Shown one piece after another: positions 12,651 to 24,645 of a stretch of 34,338 nt of DNA. The stretch is from assembly GCA_030167865.1 (NCBI GenBank), contig JALAGF010004599.1:124001-158338 (forward strand), read 5' to 3'. Position 1 is the stretch's first letter. The number at the start of each line of letters is the position of its first letter. A program made the position numbers and the translations under genes. Under the pieces are notes generated by a model. That model searched no databases, had not been told where the DNA came from, and saw only the letters and a list, made by a program, of their open reading frames with translations. The DNA is from Craspedostauros australis. Its lineage: Eukaryota.

Positions 12651-13882
12651 ATGATCTCATCACTCCGGATAGCCACATTCTCAAGGGTGTCTCCGAACTC
12701 CTTCCGCCAGGGAGTGTTCAAGCGATGCCAGTCCTCGTCGAAGAAGATCCCTGTGGAGAACTCGGAGACCGTGAAGGCTGCGTCGGAATCTGCCGCGAAG
12801 ACCGCCGCCGCTGCAGCACCAGCGCAGAGCACTGGCGGATTGGCCAACATTGCCAAAACGCATCCATTTGCATTTCAATTGGGCGTCGCCACCGTACGTT
12901 TCACTTTTTCGCAGCTTGTGATCTTGCCGCTCGTCACATCATATGATGAGGCACGGCATGGTGACGGCCATCGCTCCAAGATTCATGGTCCATGATGTCA
13001 CGAAGGAATATCTGACATCATCTTGCATTGCCTTGCCTTTCCTGTGCCGTGTGCATGGACGGATGTAATCCTGATGAATGTTTGGTATCACTGATGAACG
13101 CTCATCTCACCCGCCATTTCATCCGCTCGCATTCATGGTTGCGGCGATCTTTCACAAAACGCTGCCCGCAACGTCTGCCGTGCAAATGGAAATTGCGACC
13201 GCGTGTGCAACCCATTCTATCAACATGAATCAATCATCCCATTCTCTTTTCGACCAACGACTCGCAAACCGACCAACGAACCTGCCAACCAACGAACCTG
13301 CAGGGCAAGACAGCGGCTGCCGATCTTGTGGTCCAGGTGGTGGCCGAGAAGAGGTCGTTCGATGAGATCGATTGGAAGCGAAATGGGATCTTCGTCGCCT
13401 TCGGATTTGCCTACCTCGGTGGTTTCCAGTACTACCTCATGGTCAACAAGTACAGACAGTGGTTCCCCACCATGGACCGATTCGCAAAGCTCTCCTTTGC
13501 TGACAAGCTCAAGGACACGGCGGGCTTGCTCGATGCCGGCAAGATGGTGCTCTTCGACCTCATCGTCCATCTGCCGGTCATGTACTTTCCCTCGTACTAC
13601 GTTGTCAAGGAAGTCGTCGGAGGTCAGACGTGGAATCCTCTCGATTGGGCTCGTGATGGTGTCGCGAAGTACGTCCACAACGCTAAGGACGACCTCACGG
13701 CTATGATCAAGCTGTGGGGACCATCGGACTGCATCCAGTTCGTGTTGCCGATCCATATCCGACTCCCGTTCCGACATGTGGTTTCATTCTTTTGGACGGC
13801 GTACGTCAGCTTCACCCGCGGCGCCATCGAGGAGACTGATGAGACCATCACAGGCACCACCCCCGAGCCACAAAATTCCTAG
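12651..13882 (+). CDS. Mpv17/PMP22-family membrane protein with a putative mitochondrial presequence. Exons 12651-12893 and 13304-13882
   Basis: A phase-0 GTACGT..CAG intron (12894-13303) gives HPFAFQLGVAT|GKTAAADLVVQ. Family-like motifs IDWKRNGIFVAFGFAYLG, KMVLFD and LWGPSDCIQF..PIHIRLPF..VVSFFWTAYVS. The N-terminus (MISSLRIATFSRVSPNSFRQGVFKRCQSS) is Arg/Ser-rich and has no acidic residues. Confidence 0.88.
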
Positions 13883-14796
13883 TTCTGAAATGGCATTGTA
13901 CTATATGGTGCGACTATCAATGAGAACGAAGATGAATACATACTGTGTGAGATGATTGACCGACTTCTTGACATGAGCAAGAAGGGACACATCCACCTGC
14001 TGTACCCATTATCATCTCCTTGGGAGCCATCCAAACGTGGTCTTGATCAGTGAGTACATCCCAGAGTGAACGCAGATGTTATACGCAAGTAGAGTAGGCA
14101 ACATGTTCGCATGCACAAGCGTCCCTCCTACAGGGACGTGATGCCGCGGCCACATTCAACTTGAGCAACACGGAGGCGTTCATGGATCCACAACACGTAT
14201 CTTGTAACTCGTAGGTCGTGGCTCGCACCGCTCTGCTAGTTGCCTTCTGAAGCCGCATTGATTTCCAACTCGACTTCGTCGACTCGATGCTCTTCGTTCG
14301 TTGATTTGTTCTTCGCGCCAAAAATTGTTGAGGAATGAACGTGGACACGCAAAACCAAAGACTATTGGAACACAACCGCGGTTCGGCCATCGTCCGACGC
14401 ACATAGAAGAATACATAGTACTCTTCTCCACAACAATCGCACCATTGCTCGTATTACACAATATTATATAATACAATATAATATTACAATGCATCGCAAG
14501 GATGCGCAACTGTTCTGCTCCACTAGCCTCTACTCTCATCGATTGCACTTTGCAACGACCATTTCATCAACGGGCGACTGTCCAGCTGACCGACAAGACG
14601 AAGAACATCATTCGGGGTAGCTGTCGGCAATGAAAAGAGGCGAACGAGGAGCGTCAATGAGAGAGAAACAGACGTGAGCGACGTGACAGACGCATGGTAC
14701 CATTCGCACTACCATACATACTCCCCACCACGAACACAGAGAGAGAGAGAGAGCGAGGACGAATACAGGGATACGCTACGGGAATAGAGCGGCTCG

Positions 14797-17659
14797 ATGC
14801 CTCGGTACTACGGTGATCTGTCCGCGAGCAGTGAAAGCGATAGTGACAGCGACAGCGACAGCAGCATCCGCATCACTCGCAACCATCTTGATCATGAAAG
14901 CCGAGCGCCTGGTTGCCACAATGGAATTGAGCATGCGTCATCCCGATCGTCCCAATCATCAGCAGCAGAAGCGAGGCATCGTGTCAGCAACCATCCAGGT
15001 GCAGTCGCAAACCATCGCTCATGGATCTGCGATGATGCGAATCATGCAGTGCTTCACCATGCCCTCAGTCTGGACGCTGACGACGATGTAGAAACCAGAT
15101 TCGAGGCTCTTTGGCAACGATCCGTCCTGCACCTTGACATCGATTGCTTCTACTGCCAGTGTGAAGAAATTGACAGGGACTTGCGCAACCGTGATCCGCC
15201 TCCCAAACTGGCCATTGGACAGAAACACATCGTGGTGACGTGCAACTACGAAGCGCGGAGGCATGGAGTGACGAAACTGCAGCTGAAATCAGAAGCACTG
15301 CGCAAGTGTCCCGATTTGATGATCGTCGATGGGAGTGATTTGGAGCGTTACAGGCGGTACTCTCGGAAGATATACGACGCATTTCGCGAGGCACTGCGCA
15401 ACGTCGAACAGGAGCACCGGTCTCGTCACAGCCAACAAGTTGGAATGACCAAGGCAATTGTCGCCATCCAGCGCGGCAGTGGCATGGATGAGATGATGGC
15501 GGATCTTTCATCCCTCGTTGGGATTGCCGATACCTGCAGTGACATCAACAGCGACGACGGTGTTGCCCGAGCTGATCGGACAAACGTGGATCCGTTTGTC
15601 TATGGCGACGGAAGTTGTGGAGATTGCGAGACAACCCTCGTGGAAGATCAGAGCGGCGCCGTGAGCATTATCCGCAGCACGAACAGAAATGGATACAATG
15701 ACCAAGCCATTCCGAAGTCTCGACGAAATGCCCATCGTGTAAGAATGAATCTTGGACGCGGCGGAACAAGTGATGGGATGGGGCGGTTGATTCTGGAACA
15801 ACAGCACAACTGCCGACGGCGATTGATGATGTGCGCTCACTTGGCGCTTCGTGTGCGCAAGGAGGTCTTTGATTCGACAGGCTTCTTCACTACCATTGGC
15901 GTGTCCGTCTCGCCGCAGCTTGCCAAGATTGCGGTGGATGTCAAGAAGCCTCAATCCACAAATGTGCTACTCCCGTGGCGGTGCCATGAATTGATGTACG
16001 AGATGCCGCTACGGAAAGTGCACACCATCGGCAGCCGCCTTCTCAAGGCTCTCGACCAAGGATTGAGCGACTTTCATGTCGTCCCATCATGCGCAAATTC
16101 GCTTGGCATTGAAGGCAGATTGGATGGCGCTGTGGGGCGTCCGAAGTTTTGGAAAGTTCGGTGCGTTTGATTGGTCCATGAATGCTGTGGGCTGTGGGTT
16201 GCGATTCAACTGTGTGCACGCATGTGCTCTCTGGAGGGGTCCAAGCACTGTCCTGCATACAATCGTGATCTTGCCGTCGAAGCTCCTTTGCTAACACTAC
16301 CGATTGTGACCATTCTTCACCCGTACCATTCATCTACAACCATGGCAATTGCAATTTGGAACGGGGGTCCGAATGGAAATTCATCCGCAAACGGAAATGC
16401 AAACATGCAACCGGATGATCAGCCATTTGTTGATGCTGCCGTATCAAACAATTTTGAGGTCTGTTGAGAACCTACCATCTCAACAAGGTGTCGCGTAAGT
16501 TCTGTGGCAGTGATCATGGACGCAAACGAATCCGCAGAGCACGCCAGTCGAGCCAAAGTGGAGCATGTGCAAGGCTCCTCGGACGCAAATCGCAACCTCT
16601 AAAATGCTGTCCAACTTGGCCTTCTCTCTCCGACATCCTCCTTTTCTCATGCGACGCGAACCATCGCACCGCTTCCCTCTCTCTCTCTCTCTTTCGATGC
16701 ATGCATGCAGCACTCACAGCAGCAGCAACAACAACAATAACCACAGCAACAACGGCAGCAACAGCAGCAGCAAGAAACGGTGCGATTCGATCATTGCACG
16801 ATGTAGAGGTATCGACGACACAAAAGTGGTTGATGATGGCGGCGCTCTTCCGAAAACCGTTTCAGTGGAAGATTCATTCTGCCGAGGCACCCTAGTCAGC
16901 ATGGATCGAGTCTTTGGGGCTCTTGACCAGTTACTGGATCGTCTCCCTCGCTTGCTGCGAGATCGCAAGTCTTGGTCGAAACAAGCCGAGGCTGGCAATC
17001 CGGCAACCCTGAGAGTCACCATTCGATTCGTGTTGGAAGCGGAGCAACTCCACGTTGGACAGAACGACCGAAGAAGACCATTCAAGACGATCAGCAAGCA
17101 GTGCGGTATGGACGGAGACTGCATCCTCCAAGGATCCGACTTGAATCGACACAGCAGACGATTGAAAGAGAGGGCATATCCATTACTGACGCACCTACTG
17201 CACACGCGAGGTGTGAACATCAATATCACCAGACTGAATCTCGCTGTTTCCAATTTTGGCGACGTCAAGCAAACCGAGGAAAAGGCGCAAGCTGACAAAG
17301 TGGATGGAGAGTATGGAAGTGATGATGGTGGAACCGGCGGCAACTTCCGTGCTTTCTTTGCACGAACGCGGCCACAGCGGCAGACATCGCAGAATGAGCA
17401 TATGAAAAGACCTCCAAGCCAGCATGCCGCGCAATTGCTTCCGCCAACACGTTCGAGTCTGGAACCTCCGTACTCGTCCCGTCCATCTGTTGGCAACCAC
17501 CCGCGGTGTTGGGATGACATCGATCCGTCCGTGCTGAGCCAACTTCCACCAGATGTTGCGGCAGAGGTAAGGAAATCCATCCCGTCCCAACCGCCGCCAA
17601 AGAAAACGAAGAGGAAGACGAAACATCACATTGACGACTTCTTCCGAAGGAAAAGATGA
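14797..17659 (+). CDS. POLI: Y-family translesion DNA polymerase, iota-type. Exons 14797-16160, 16423-16494 and about 16711/16771-17659
   Basis: HLDIDCFYCQCEE, QKHIVVTCNYEARRHGV, KCPDLMIVDGSDLERYRRYS and GMDE match Pol iota motifs. A 72-nt middle exon (HLLMLPYQTILRSVENLPSQQGV) is bounded by CAG and GTAAGT in the correct phase. Little-finger region PKTVSVEDSF, UBM-like DIDPSVLSQLPPDVAAEV, and a terminal IDDFF. Confidence 0.87.
16676..16771 (+). repeat. (CT)n tract followed by a (CAG/CAA)n field at the last intron-exon junction of POLI
   Basis: Directly visible simple repeats. Confidence 0.85.
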
Positions 17660-18397
17660 CAGATAACATCGGCTGATTGGATAGGTCGCTCGCACTGTCT
17701 TTTCCACAGCAGTTATTGGAATCGCATACTCTATTGCAAAATATAATACATGCAATGAAAACATGGCGTATCCTGCTTCTGGTACTCCATGGGACTTCCA
17801 CTCGCGTATCAACAGTTCGGTTTTGCGGGTGTCGACATGGTGTTGGAATGGCTGCAGATTCGGGTAGAGCAAAGTGTAGAGTGTATAATGTACAATTTAC
17901 AATGTAGAGTGCAGAGGCGACCATTGGTACGGCTAGTCCGTCAGGAGACTCCATAGTTTGCAAACTACCTGTCCTCGTGCTGAAGTAGCATCTAGTCCCG
18001 AAGCGCCAGTCTATGGCAACAGCAAAAATATCGTCCCATAAAATCAACGCGATGGACACAGCGGACACAGCGGACACAACGTAAAAACAACAACAACACA
18101 AAACAACAGCCAACAAAAGAAAGGGAGCGATGACGATCTCCACAAACACAAACCGAGAGCAGAACAAGAGCGCCGCACCATACTCTGCTCCATTTGTGGA
18201 GTATTGGTACTGCCACGACCGCGATCATCTTTGAGTTGCGAATGAATTTGATCGATTGATGACTTGATTACTTGATTGCTTCATCATCCACCACGAACAG
18301 GGCTGCCAAGTCGATTGGCTCCACGCTGCTTTGCTCCACGCTACTCGTAGCATACCATACAAGTCCGCCACAAGAAGGCAACAAACAGACAGCAACC

Positions 18398-20307
18398 ATG
18401 AGTGGCGTACCTGATGATGAGAGGCACCGGAGGGAGGAGGCTGATCGGCGAGCCAAGCGCAAGGTAAGCACGCGGTTATCACGCAGCTGGCACAGGAATG
18501 TGCGCAACATGCAATGTGGAATGACTGGAATGACATGGCGCGTCTAGGCATGTTGCAAGGCAAGGCACGCCGCAAGGGAAGGCCTGACAAAAGGATCCAT
18601 TCCATGCAGAGTGCCACGAGAGCTTGGCTATTGCTTCACAAGATCAGACAAGGTGCCGATTGAAGAATGACTGCTCCACTCTCCTCTCCTCGACCATACC
18701 AATGGAGTGTCGGCACTCGATCCGGACGTGTAGTCTTGCATCCGCATGGTATACAACTGCGCATGCGCATGCCGACATATTCCACCACCATGCTCGTCGC
18801 ATGCACCATGTCATCTGACCCGTCGTGATTCCAATCGCAATGGCGAACGGTTGTCTTCTCGATGCTTCCCCACCTTTTCCAGCTGGCGCAATCCAAGATG
18901 TCCGACGCCGAGAAGGAGAAGAGACGGAAACGAAAGGAGCACGCGAGAAAGACGCTGCAGAAGCACGGCGCTGGCGGAGGTGGCGATGCCAAGCGCGCCA
19001 AAACTGGAGAATCGGGAATCGATACATCCACCTTCCAGGATCTGTTCACGCAGAGAGCGAAGGGATTTCACATCGACTTTCGATTCCGCAATGCACCACC
19101 GCGCCCTCCCGTCGGTCCCTGCTTTGTCGGCAATGGCTTGGATGGCGCTCTCGCAGATGCAAGCCGGTACCGACCGATGAACGCTGTGGAAGTCATGTAC
19201 CGGTGGAAGCTGCACAACGAAGCGGATCTCGGCGTCCCCTTGGCACCATCCGCCATGGATCCCGGTCTCTACAAATCGTCGGACGCCGTGCCGGAGCTGC
19301 CGGCGGCTGACTTGGCGTTGCTGGAATGGACAGGATCCCTCGGTGATACAGCCGCCGAAGAATTGAAGAAGCGCCGTGATCATGACAGAGCTAGTGCTCG
19401 TCTGGCGCTTGTTGGAAAGTCGCCGAGCAAGTTCACCATCAAGTCGAAATCCTCGGCGTCTGCCTCCACGACCTCCAACAAGAAGGCCTTCTCGCGTGTT
19501 CTGGATGAGACCATGCAGAGCTGGATGAAGAAGACGACGTACTTGTCCAACGATTACACCAGGAAGGTGCACGACTTCAAGTCCCTCGCGCAGACCAAGG
19601 CGCAGCTCGCGGAGGATCTCGACATCAAGCAGCAGAGCTTGTCGCGACGACGCAAGCCGGAGGGTATCGCTGAGACCTTCAAGCAGGTGCTGGCACCTGT
19701 CGTCAAGCATCCGACCAGGAAGCATCTGAAACCAGTCAGCGAGATGCCATTCCTACCCAACCTGGATTTCTGGGGCCACACATTCACGCACGTCATCATG
19801 GACAAGACACCTGGAGACGAAGACAAGCTCGGTCGTTCCTACGTCGCCAATGTGCATCAGAAGGACACCAGCGCCGGAATGTCTTGTCAGCTCTTCGTTC
19901 CGGCATCGGGGTCCGGAGCTCGGTTGCAGGCAATCCAGCAGTACGATTTGGATGTCGTCCCGCTGAAGGAGGAGGATATTCCGCATTTCAACTTTTGCAT
20001 TCTCATTGACAAGGACTCGAACGAGGCAAGCTACCTTCCCATCTCATCTCGTGTCAACCTATCCACGGGCCGTCCATTGAAGAAGAGGAATCTCGAGATG
20101 CTTATCACGCGTCGCGATATGTCCACAGAGGATCAGAAGGAGTTTGATGAGAAGATCGCTGAGATTGGGGATGGTACGCACGCAGGTGGCAGTGGCGTTG
20201 CACAGTCTGGACTGTCGACCATGGGAGTTGATTCGGATGACGACAGCGGTAGCGACAACGAAGGAACCTTCATGAACACGAACAAAACTATTGTTGCTGA
20301 AGACTAA
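18398..20307 (+). CDS. PAF1: RNA polymerase II-associated factor 1 (PAF1 complex subunit). Exons 18398-18463 and 18883-20307
   Basis: Paf1-like motifs FRFRNAPPRPP, YRWKLHNEADLGVPL, SWMKKTTYLSND and HPTRKHLKPVSEMPFLPN, with an acidic tail. A phase-0 GTAAGC..TTCCAG intron (18464-18882) links a short first exon. Confidence 0.85.
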
Positions 20308-20724
20308 GAGAGACCAGGCGCCGTGGATCGAGGTCAAGCCCCCGCACCATCATGATGCTCGTACATACACATGAGTGTTCTACTCTCTAGAGTACATTCG
20401 ACATGCCACAGACGACGGGATGAGAACCAAAACGCAGACTGGGAATCGTGTAAGGTCTCCAAGTCGGTTATTTGCATGTAGCTGCACGTACAATTGTTTT
20501 CGTAGTGGAAACCTCCTTGACTGAAGCAAAGCAATGCTCTATGAGAAAGCCCCGCACAGCTGTGGATGTACTCGTACCAGTGACACTACCATGCCCGTAC
20601 CCTGTCAAAATGTGATGAAATGCGAGTGCGCGTATGTATTAGTACTTGGAACATTCGACCATACCACGAGTTGAACGGATGCGTCGTATCTTTTCATATT
20701 GACTTGCGCATTACCCATCTCCCA

Positions 20725-22569
20725 CTAAGATCCCGGAATCTGCGCGAGACCTTTGACACCGAGGATTGGCAATGCGTTGCCAAGGCCCACCCTGCGAATG
20801 AACTCCTTGGAATCGGAGGAACTGAGGATCCACAGAAGTTCTCCTGCAAATCGTTTGACGTGGCTCTCTGTCCAAGTCAGCAGCTGAACGAGCTTCCAGC
20901 GCAGGGTATCCTTCGGCGCATCCAACGGCGACATGTTGCTGCTGCTGTTGCTATCCAGCTTCTGCTCCTCAGCCTGGATGGCGACGTCACTTTCAGGCGG
21001 GAACACGATGCGCTTGACAGCGGCTCGAAAGTCGGGATCGCACGCGCAGTATTTGTAGAGAAGGACGAGGATGGGAGTGACCGCCGCTGCACCTTTGTCG
21101 CCCACGACCGTGTTCGATAGCATCCACGAGATCTGCTCGTCGAGGATGGCGAGCAACTGCGGGACTGCATCGCGTTTCAGGAGGTACGTAGCGAATTCAG
21201 CCGCCGGCGCGTCCATGAGCAACGTGACGACCGCCAAGGCACAATTCTTCGCGTGCGTATCGTCGCCGGAGAACATCAGCAGGTCGACGAGGGCGTTCGA
21301 GAGGCTCGCTTGTGTACTCGTTGTTCCGTCATCGATTTGTATGGGATATCGCATGGCGTAAAGTATGTTGAAAATCTCCGTCAGGGCCCTCAATGCGGAG
21401 TCTTGCGAAATGGGCGACTTGGACTGTCTGTCCATAGTTTGCGATGCGTTCGGACCTAGTTGATATCGCTTGACGACGTGGATGACGATGTTGGAAAGCA
21501 GAGTCCGGAATGTCACCTTGCCATCATGCTGCGGTGCCCACGAAGCGACGGATGTGACGGAAGACGAGCTGCCGGGCTTGACCGGCAACCATGACACCTC
21601 GGCATCTGAAATGCACTTCCTTCCACCCGGAAAACACACCAAGGCGCAGTGCACGTTGCGAAGCAGCGCAAGCGCCAGTTCCACAGAATCATGCCGCAGC
21701 AGAAGATTGAGAATGCGGTTGGGAAACTGCAACGTCGTGTTGAGATGCTGGAGTGAATCGTCGGCGACCCAATCTCCGGGTGCAGGCGAGTACGTCGCAT
21801 AAAAGAGCGTCATGGCAATGTAGTTCTGGAGCTTGAGTGGATCTTCCGACTCTTCTTCTTCTTGCTGCTGCTGCTGTTGCTGCTGGTGGTTATATCTGGA
21901 TGAGCTTTCCAGAACGTGCATTAGGAGGGCCACGAAATCTCTGGATTGGATTTCATGCAATGGCCCCGGCACTTGGCGGTGTGGCTTGGTTGCCTCCAGA
22001 TAGATCTGGCTGTACCACCGCAGCATGTTCTTCCCAGTTCGGATGTGGGTTCGGCAGGCACCCAGCCGCAGCCGATTGGGATGCCATGAATCATCCTGCT
22101 TGCCGAGAAGAGCAGTGAGAGTTCTGCAGCGTTCGTTGGCCTCCTCGATGGATGATGGCGGCGACAGCGACGTTGATGGTAATGAGGATGTGGCTGTATC
22201 GCCATCCACTCTGGTCGCACTTGCACTTGCGCCTGCAATTGCGCTGTGGCCTTGGCTTGCATCGTCATTCGCATCACCTGTTGGAATGCAAAGGCGCAAC
22301 GATTGGAAGATGAGTTTGTGCTGCAACCTTGAAATCCTTGCGAGGGATTCCGGTGATGGTTGCGAATTCTCCTGGTGCTGCGAGGCAGAGGAGGTTGATG
22401 AGGTGATGGGAGCACCTCCCGTGGCGAGAAGCGCCTCGATTTCTTCATTGAACGCCGTCAGCGACTCCAACATGGCGGTTTGACCATCATCGCTCTCATC
22501 CATTGCAGCTTCATCATTCTCCACATCGGAGCATCCGTAGATCCTCAACAACCGGCTTGCAAACTCCAT
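20725..22569 (-). CDS. RIC8: Ric-8/synembryn-like G-alpha chaperone/GEF (ARM repeat), 614 aa, single exon
   Basis: The C-terminal TLRWKLVQLLTWTESHVKRFAGELLWILSSSDSKEFIRRVGLGNALPILGVKGL resembles the Ric-8 signature (TLRNKLVRLMT...VKRVAAEFLFVLC...RFIKYTGYGNAAGLL..RGL). Also ALTEIFNILY and VTPILVLL..C..R..VKRIVFPP. Confidence 0.8.
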   Translation of the reverse strand: MEFASRLLRIYGCSDVENDEAAMDESDDGQTAMLESLTAFNEEIEALLATGGAPITSSTSSASQHQENSQPSPESLARISRLQHKLIFQSLRLCIPTGDANDDASQGHSAIAGASASATRVDGDTATSSLPSTSLSPPSSIEEANERCRTLTALLGKQDDSWHPNRLRLGACRTHIRTGKNMLRWYSQIYLEATKPHRQVPGPLHEIQSRDFVALLMHVLESSSRYNHQQQQQQQQEEEESEDPLKLQNYIAMTLFYATYSPAPGDWVADDSLQHLNTTLQFPNRILNLLLRHDSVELALALLRNVHCALVCFPGGRKCISDAEVSWLPVKPGSSSSVTSVASWAPQHDGKVTFRTLLSNIVIHVVKRYQLGPNASQTMDRQSKSPISQDSALRALTEIFNILYAMRYPIQIDDGTTSTQASLSNALVDLLMFSGDDTHAKNCALAVVTLLMDAPAAEFATYLLKRDAVPQLLAILDEQISWMLSNTVVGDKGAAAVTPILVLLYKYCACDPDFRAAVKRIVFPPESDVAIQAEEQKLDSNSSSNMSPLDAPKDTLRWKLVQLLTWTESHVKRFAGELLWILSSSDSKEFIRRVGLGNALPILGVKGLAQIPGS

Positions 22570-23173
22570 ATTGTATCATGCACTCCGAGCAGGCGCATGT
22601 ATTGAAATACAATAGCACGAATCGATGGCAGAGAAGTGTTTTGCAAGTATGGACTGAAGGATGTGTGGTGTGGCATCAGCACCCTCTCTCTTTCTCTCTT
22701 GTGATTGACGGAGAGCAGGGGAAATAGAAACATGCAAACAAAAAAGGATGTAATTGTGCATTTTTTCAAGTTATTAGAGATAACCTGAAACCCGAAACCA
22801 GTTTCCCGAAACGACACGCACTGTGACTATCAATAACGTCTGAAACTAACGGCCCGAACAATGACCGACGTCACCGACCGTGAACTAATATTAGAATCAA
22901 GAGGGTCGTAAGCAAGACTAGAAAGGAAAATGGAATTTTCTAAATGGCTCCTGTGCTCCATCGTCTCATTCATCCATCCGACCGTCACATTTTGTTCGTC
23001 ACATCCACATCGGCATCCCTGAGCTGTACCCGTCTCATCAGTTTCATTCATCTGCGTCGGACGCGTTGCCGTTGAATTTCTCGCCTTGTCGTTACCTCCA
23101 TCCGCACTGCATACCTCCTCGTGTATATCGTTGATCTTCTCCCTTCCGCATTTACAGACACCATCCAATTGCA

Positions 23174-24444
23174 ATGGGGAAGAGGAGTTGGAACTATCTT
23201 CCAGAGCGTGAAGCTTGCAAACACGCAAGGATAGCATTCTTCACTTTCGCGGACGAGTTGCAGCAACTGCAGCAGGCACAGGACAACGCCAACGAACCCT
23301 TGTTCGATCAGTCTTTCCTGGATGAGAACTTCGATCTCGTCATCGAGCTCGGGCTTCATTTGCTTCACCTGCAAATGCGATACTACGGCCCCATCGCACC
23401 ACCCTCAAATCGTCAGAAAGTGCCAATTCGAATTGAACATCTTTCGGAGATGCAGGCCATCGTCCACTTCCGGTTCCGAAAATGCTCCCTTCAACGCATG
23501 CTTGGATGCCTTTGGCCCAAATTCGAGGGAGTATCTGGCGCAACAACTTCCGAGGCCATCACCTGCCAATACGGATACAGTGTGCCCTTCGAAACTGGCA
23601 TGCTCTACATGCTGTATCGCCTGGCGCATCGGGGCACTCTGGCTGACATGGGGGTTGTCTTTGGAGTTGGGATGTCGAAGTTATCCGCTGTGATTCTCAC
23701 CTTCTGTGGCCATTTTCATGACATCGGCCGTCCCTACTTCGACAACATGCAGACATTCGCGCATCGTTTCGAGATGTATGCTGACTACGTCGAGAGAGCG
23801 ACTGATGGGATCGTTGACAACGTCGTCGGCTTCATCGATGGAACAATGCGAAAAACGTGTCGCCCACACATCCATCAGGAGTTCGCATGCTCAGGCCACA
23901 AGCGATGTCACGGCATCAAGTATCAAGGAGTGTCAGCTACAGATAGATTGATGATGCACTTCTACGGACCCATCTCTGCAAATCGCCATGGTGGTTTCAT
24001 ACTGCTGGAGAGCCAGGTCGAACAGTAAATGGAAGACATCATGCCATTGGATGGCCCAAACAAAATCTACCGCCTCTACGGGGATCCAGCGTATGCCAAC
24101 CGTGTGTATGTGTTCGGTGGTTTCAGCAACATTGTTTGCGGATCACCTGAAGCTATCATCAACAGGGAGATGTCTGCGGTGCGCATTTGCGTCGAGTGGC
24201 AGTTCAAGGAAATCGTGAAGCTCTTCCCTTGGCTGGATGTAACCAAGGTGATGCGAATCTACGGCAGTCCGCTCACGAATATCTACTACACTGCTGCCTT
24301 CTTCACAAACCTGCACTGCACTCTTCACAAACCTGCACTGCACTCTTCACAAACCTGCACTGCACTCTATACGGTAATCAACAGTCTGCAAGGTACGATT
24401 TGAACAAGATGAGTATGGAGGAGTACCTCCTCCTTGTGCCATAG
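23174..24444 (+). pseudogene. Harbinger (HARBI1-like, DDE_Tnp_4) transposase pseudogene
   Basis: HTH-like ETGMLYMLYRLAH, then VVGFIDGT, SGHKRCHGIKYQ, LYGDPAY and NREMSAVRICVEWQF. In-frame TAA at 24026-24028 and a frameshifting 22-nt triplication at 24301-24366. The original C-terminus reads FFTNLHCTLYGNQQSARYDLNKMSMEEYLLLVP*. Confidence 0.88.
24301..24366 (+). repeat. Perfect tandem repeat, 3 x 22 nt (CTTCACAAACCTGCACTGCACT)
   Basis: Three identical copies at 24301, 24323 and 24345. Confidence 0.97.
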
Positions 24445-24645
24445 CTATAATACAAATAGAAATCAGACTTTTGGAGAATATCTGCTATTCTATGCCATGC
24501 CATATTATACCGATGTGCCACCTCTTCATATTCTTATGTTGCATATGCATGTGGCAGATACGTGCATGATGGCGTCTATCAGTGGGTGTATGTAAAATTA
24601 CTCGTTACCATGTGTATCTGTTTTGAATTCGCGCGCATGTGTGCC

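Noticed and set aside
13900..14700. Short ORFs or an RNA gene between the Mpv17-family gene and POLI
   Set aside because: No recognisable motif, splice pattern or tRNA-like structure; treated as intergenic or UTR.
16714..19725. Long minus-strand ORFs (288, 300 and 304 aa) opposite POLI and PAF1
   Set aside because: Antisense shadows with no recognisable motifs.
24026..24028. Programmed readthrough or an alternative genetic code at the in-frame stops here and at 30312 and 32364
   Set aside because: The stops co-occur with frameshifts and damaged conserved residues, and host genes use TAA, TAG and TGA as normal stops. This is simple decay.
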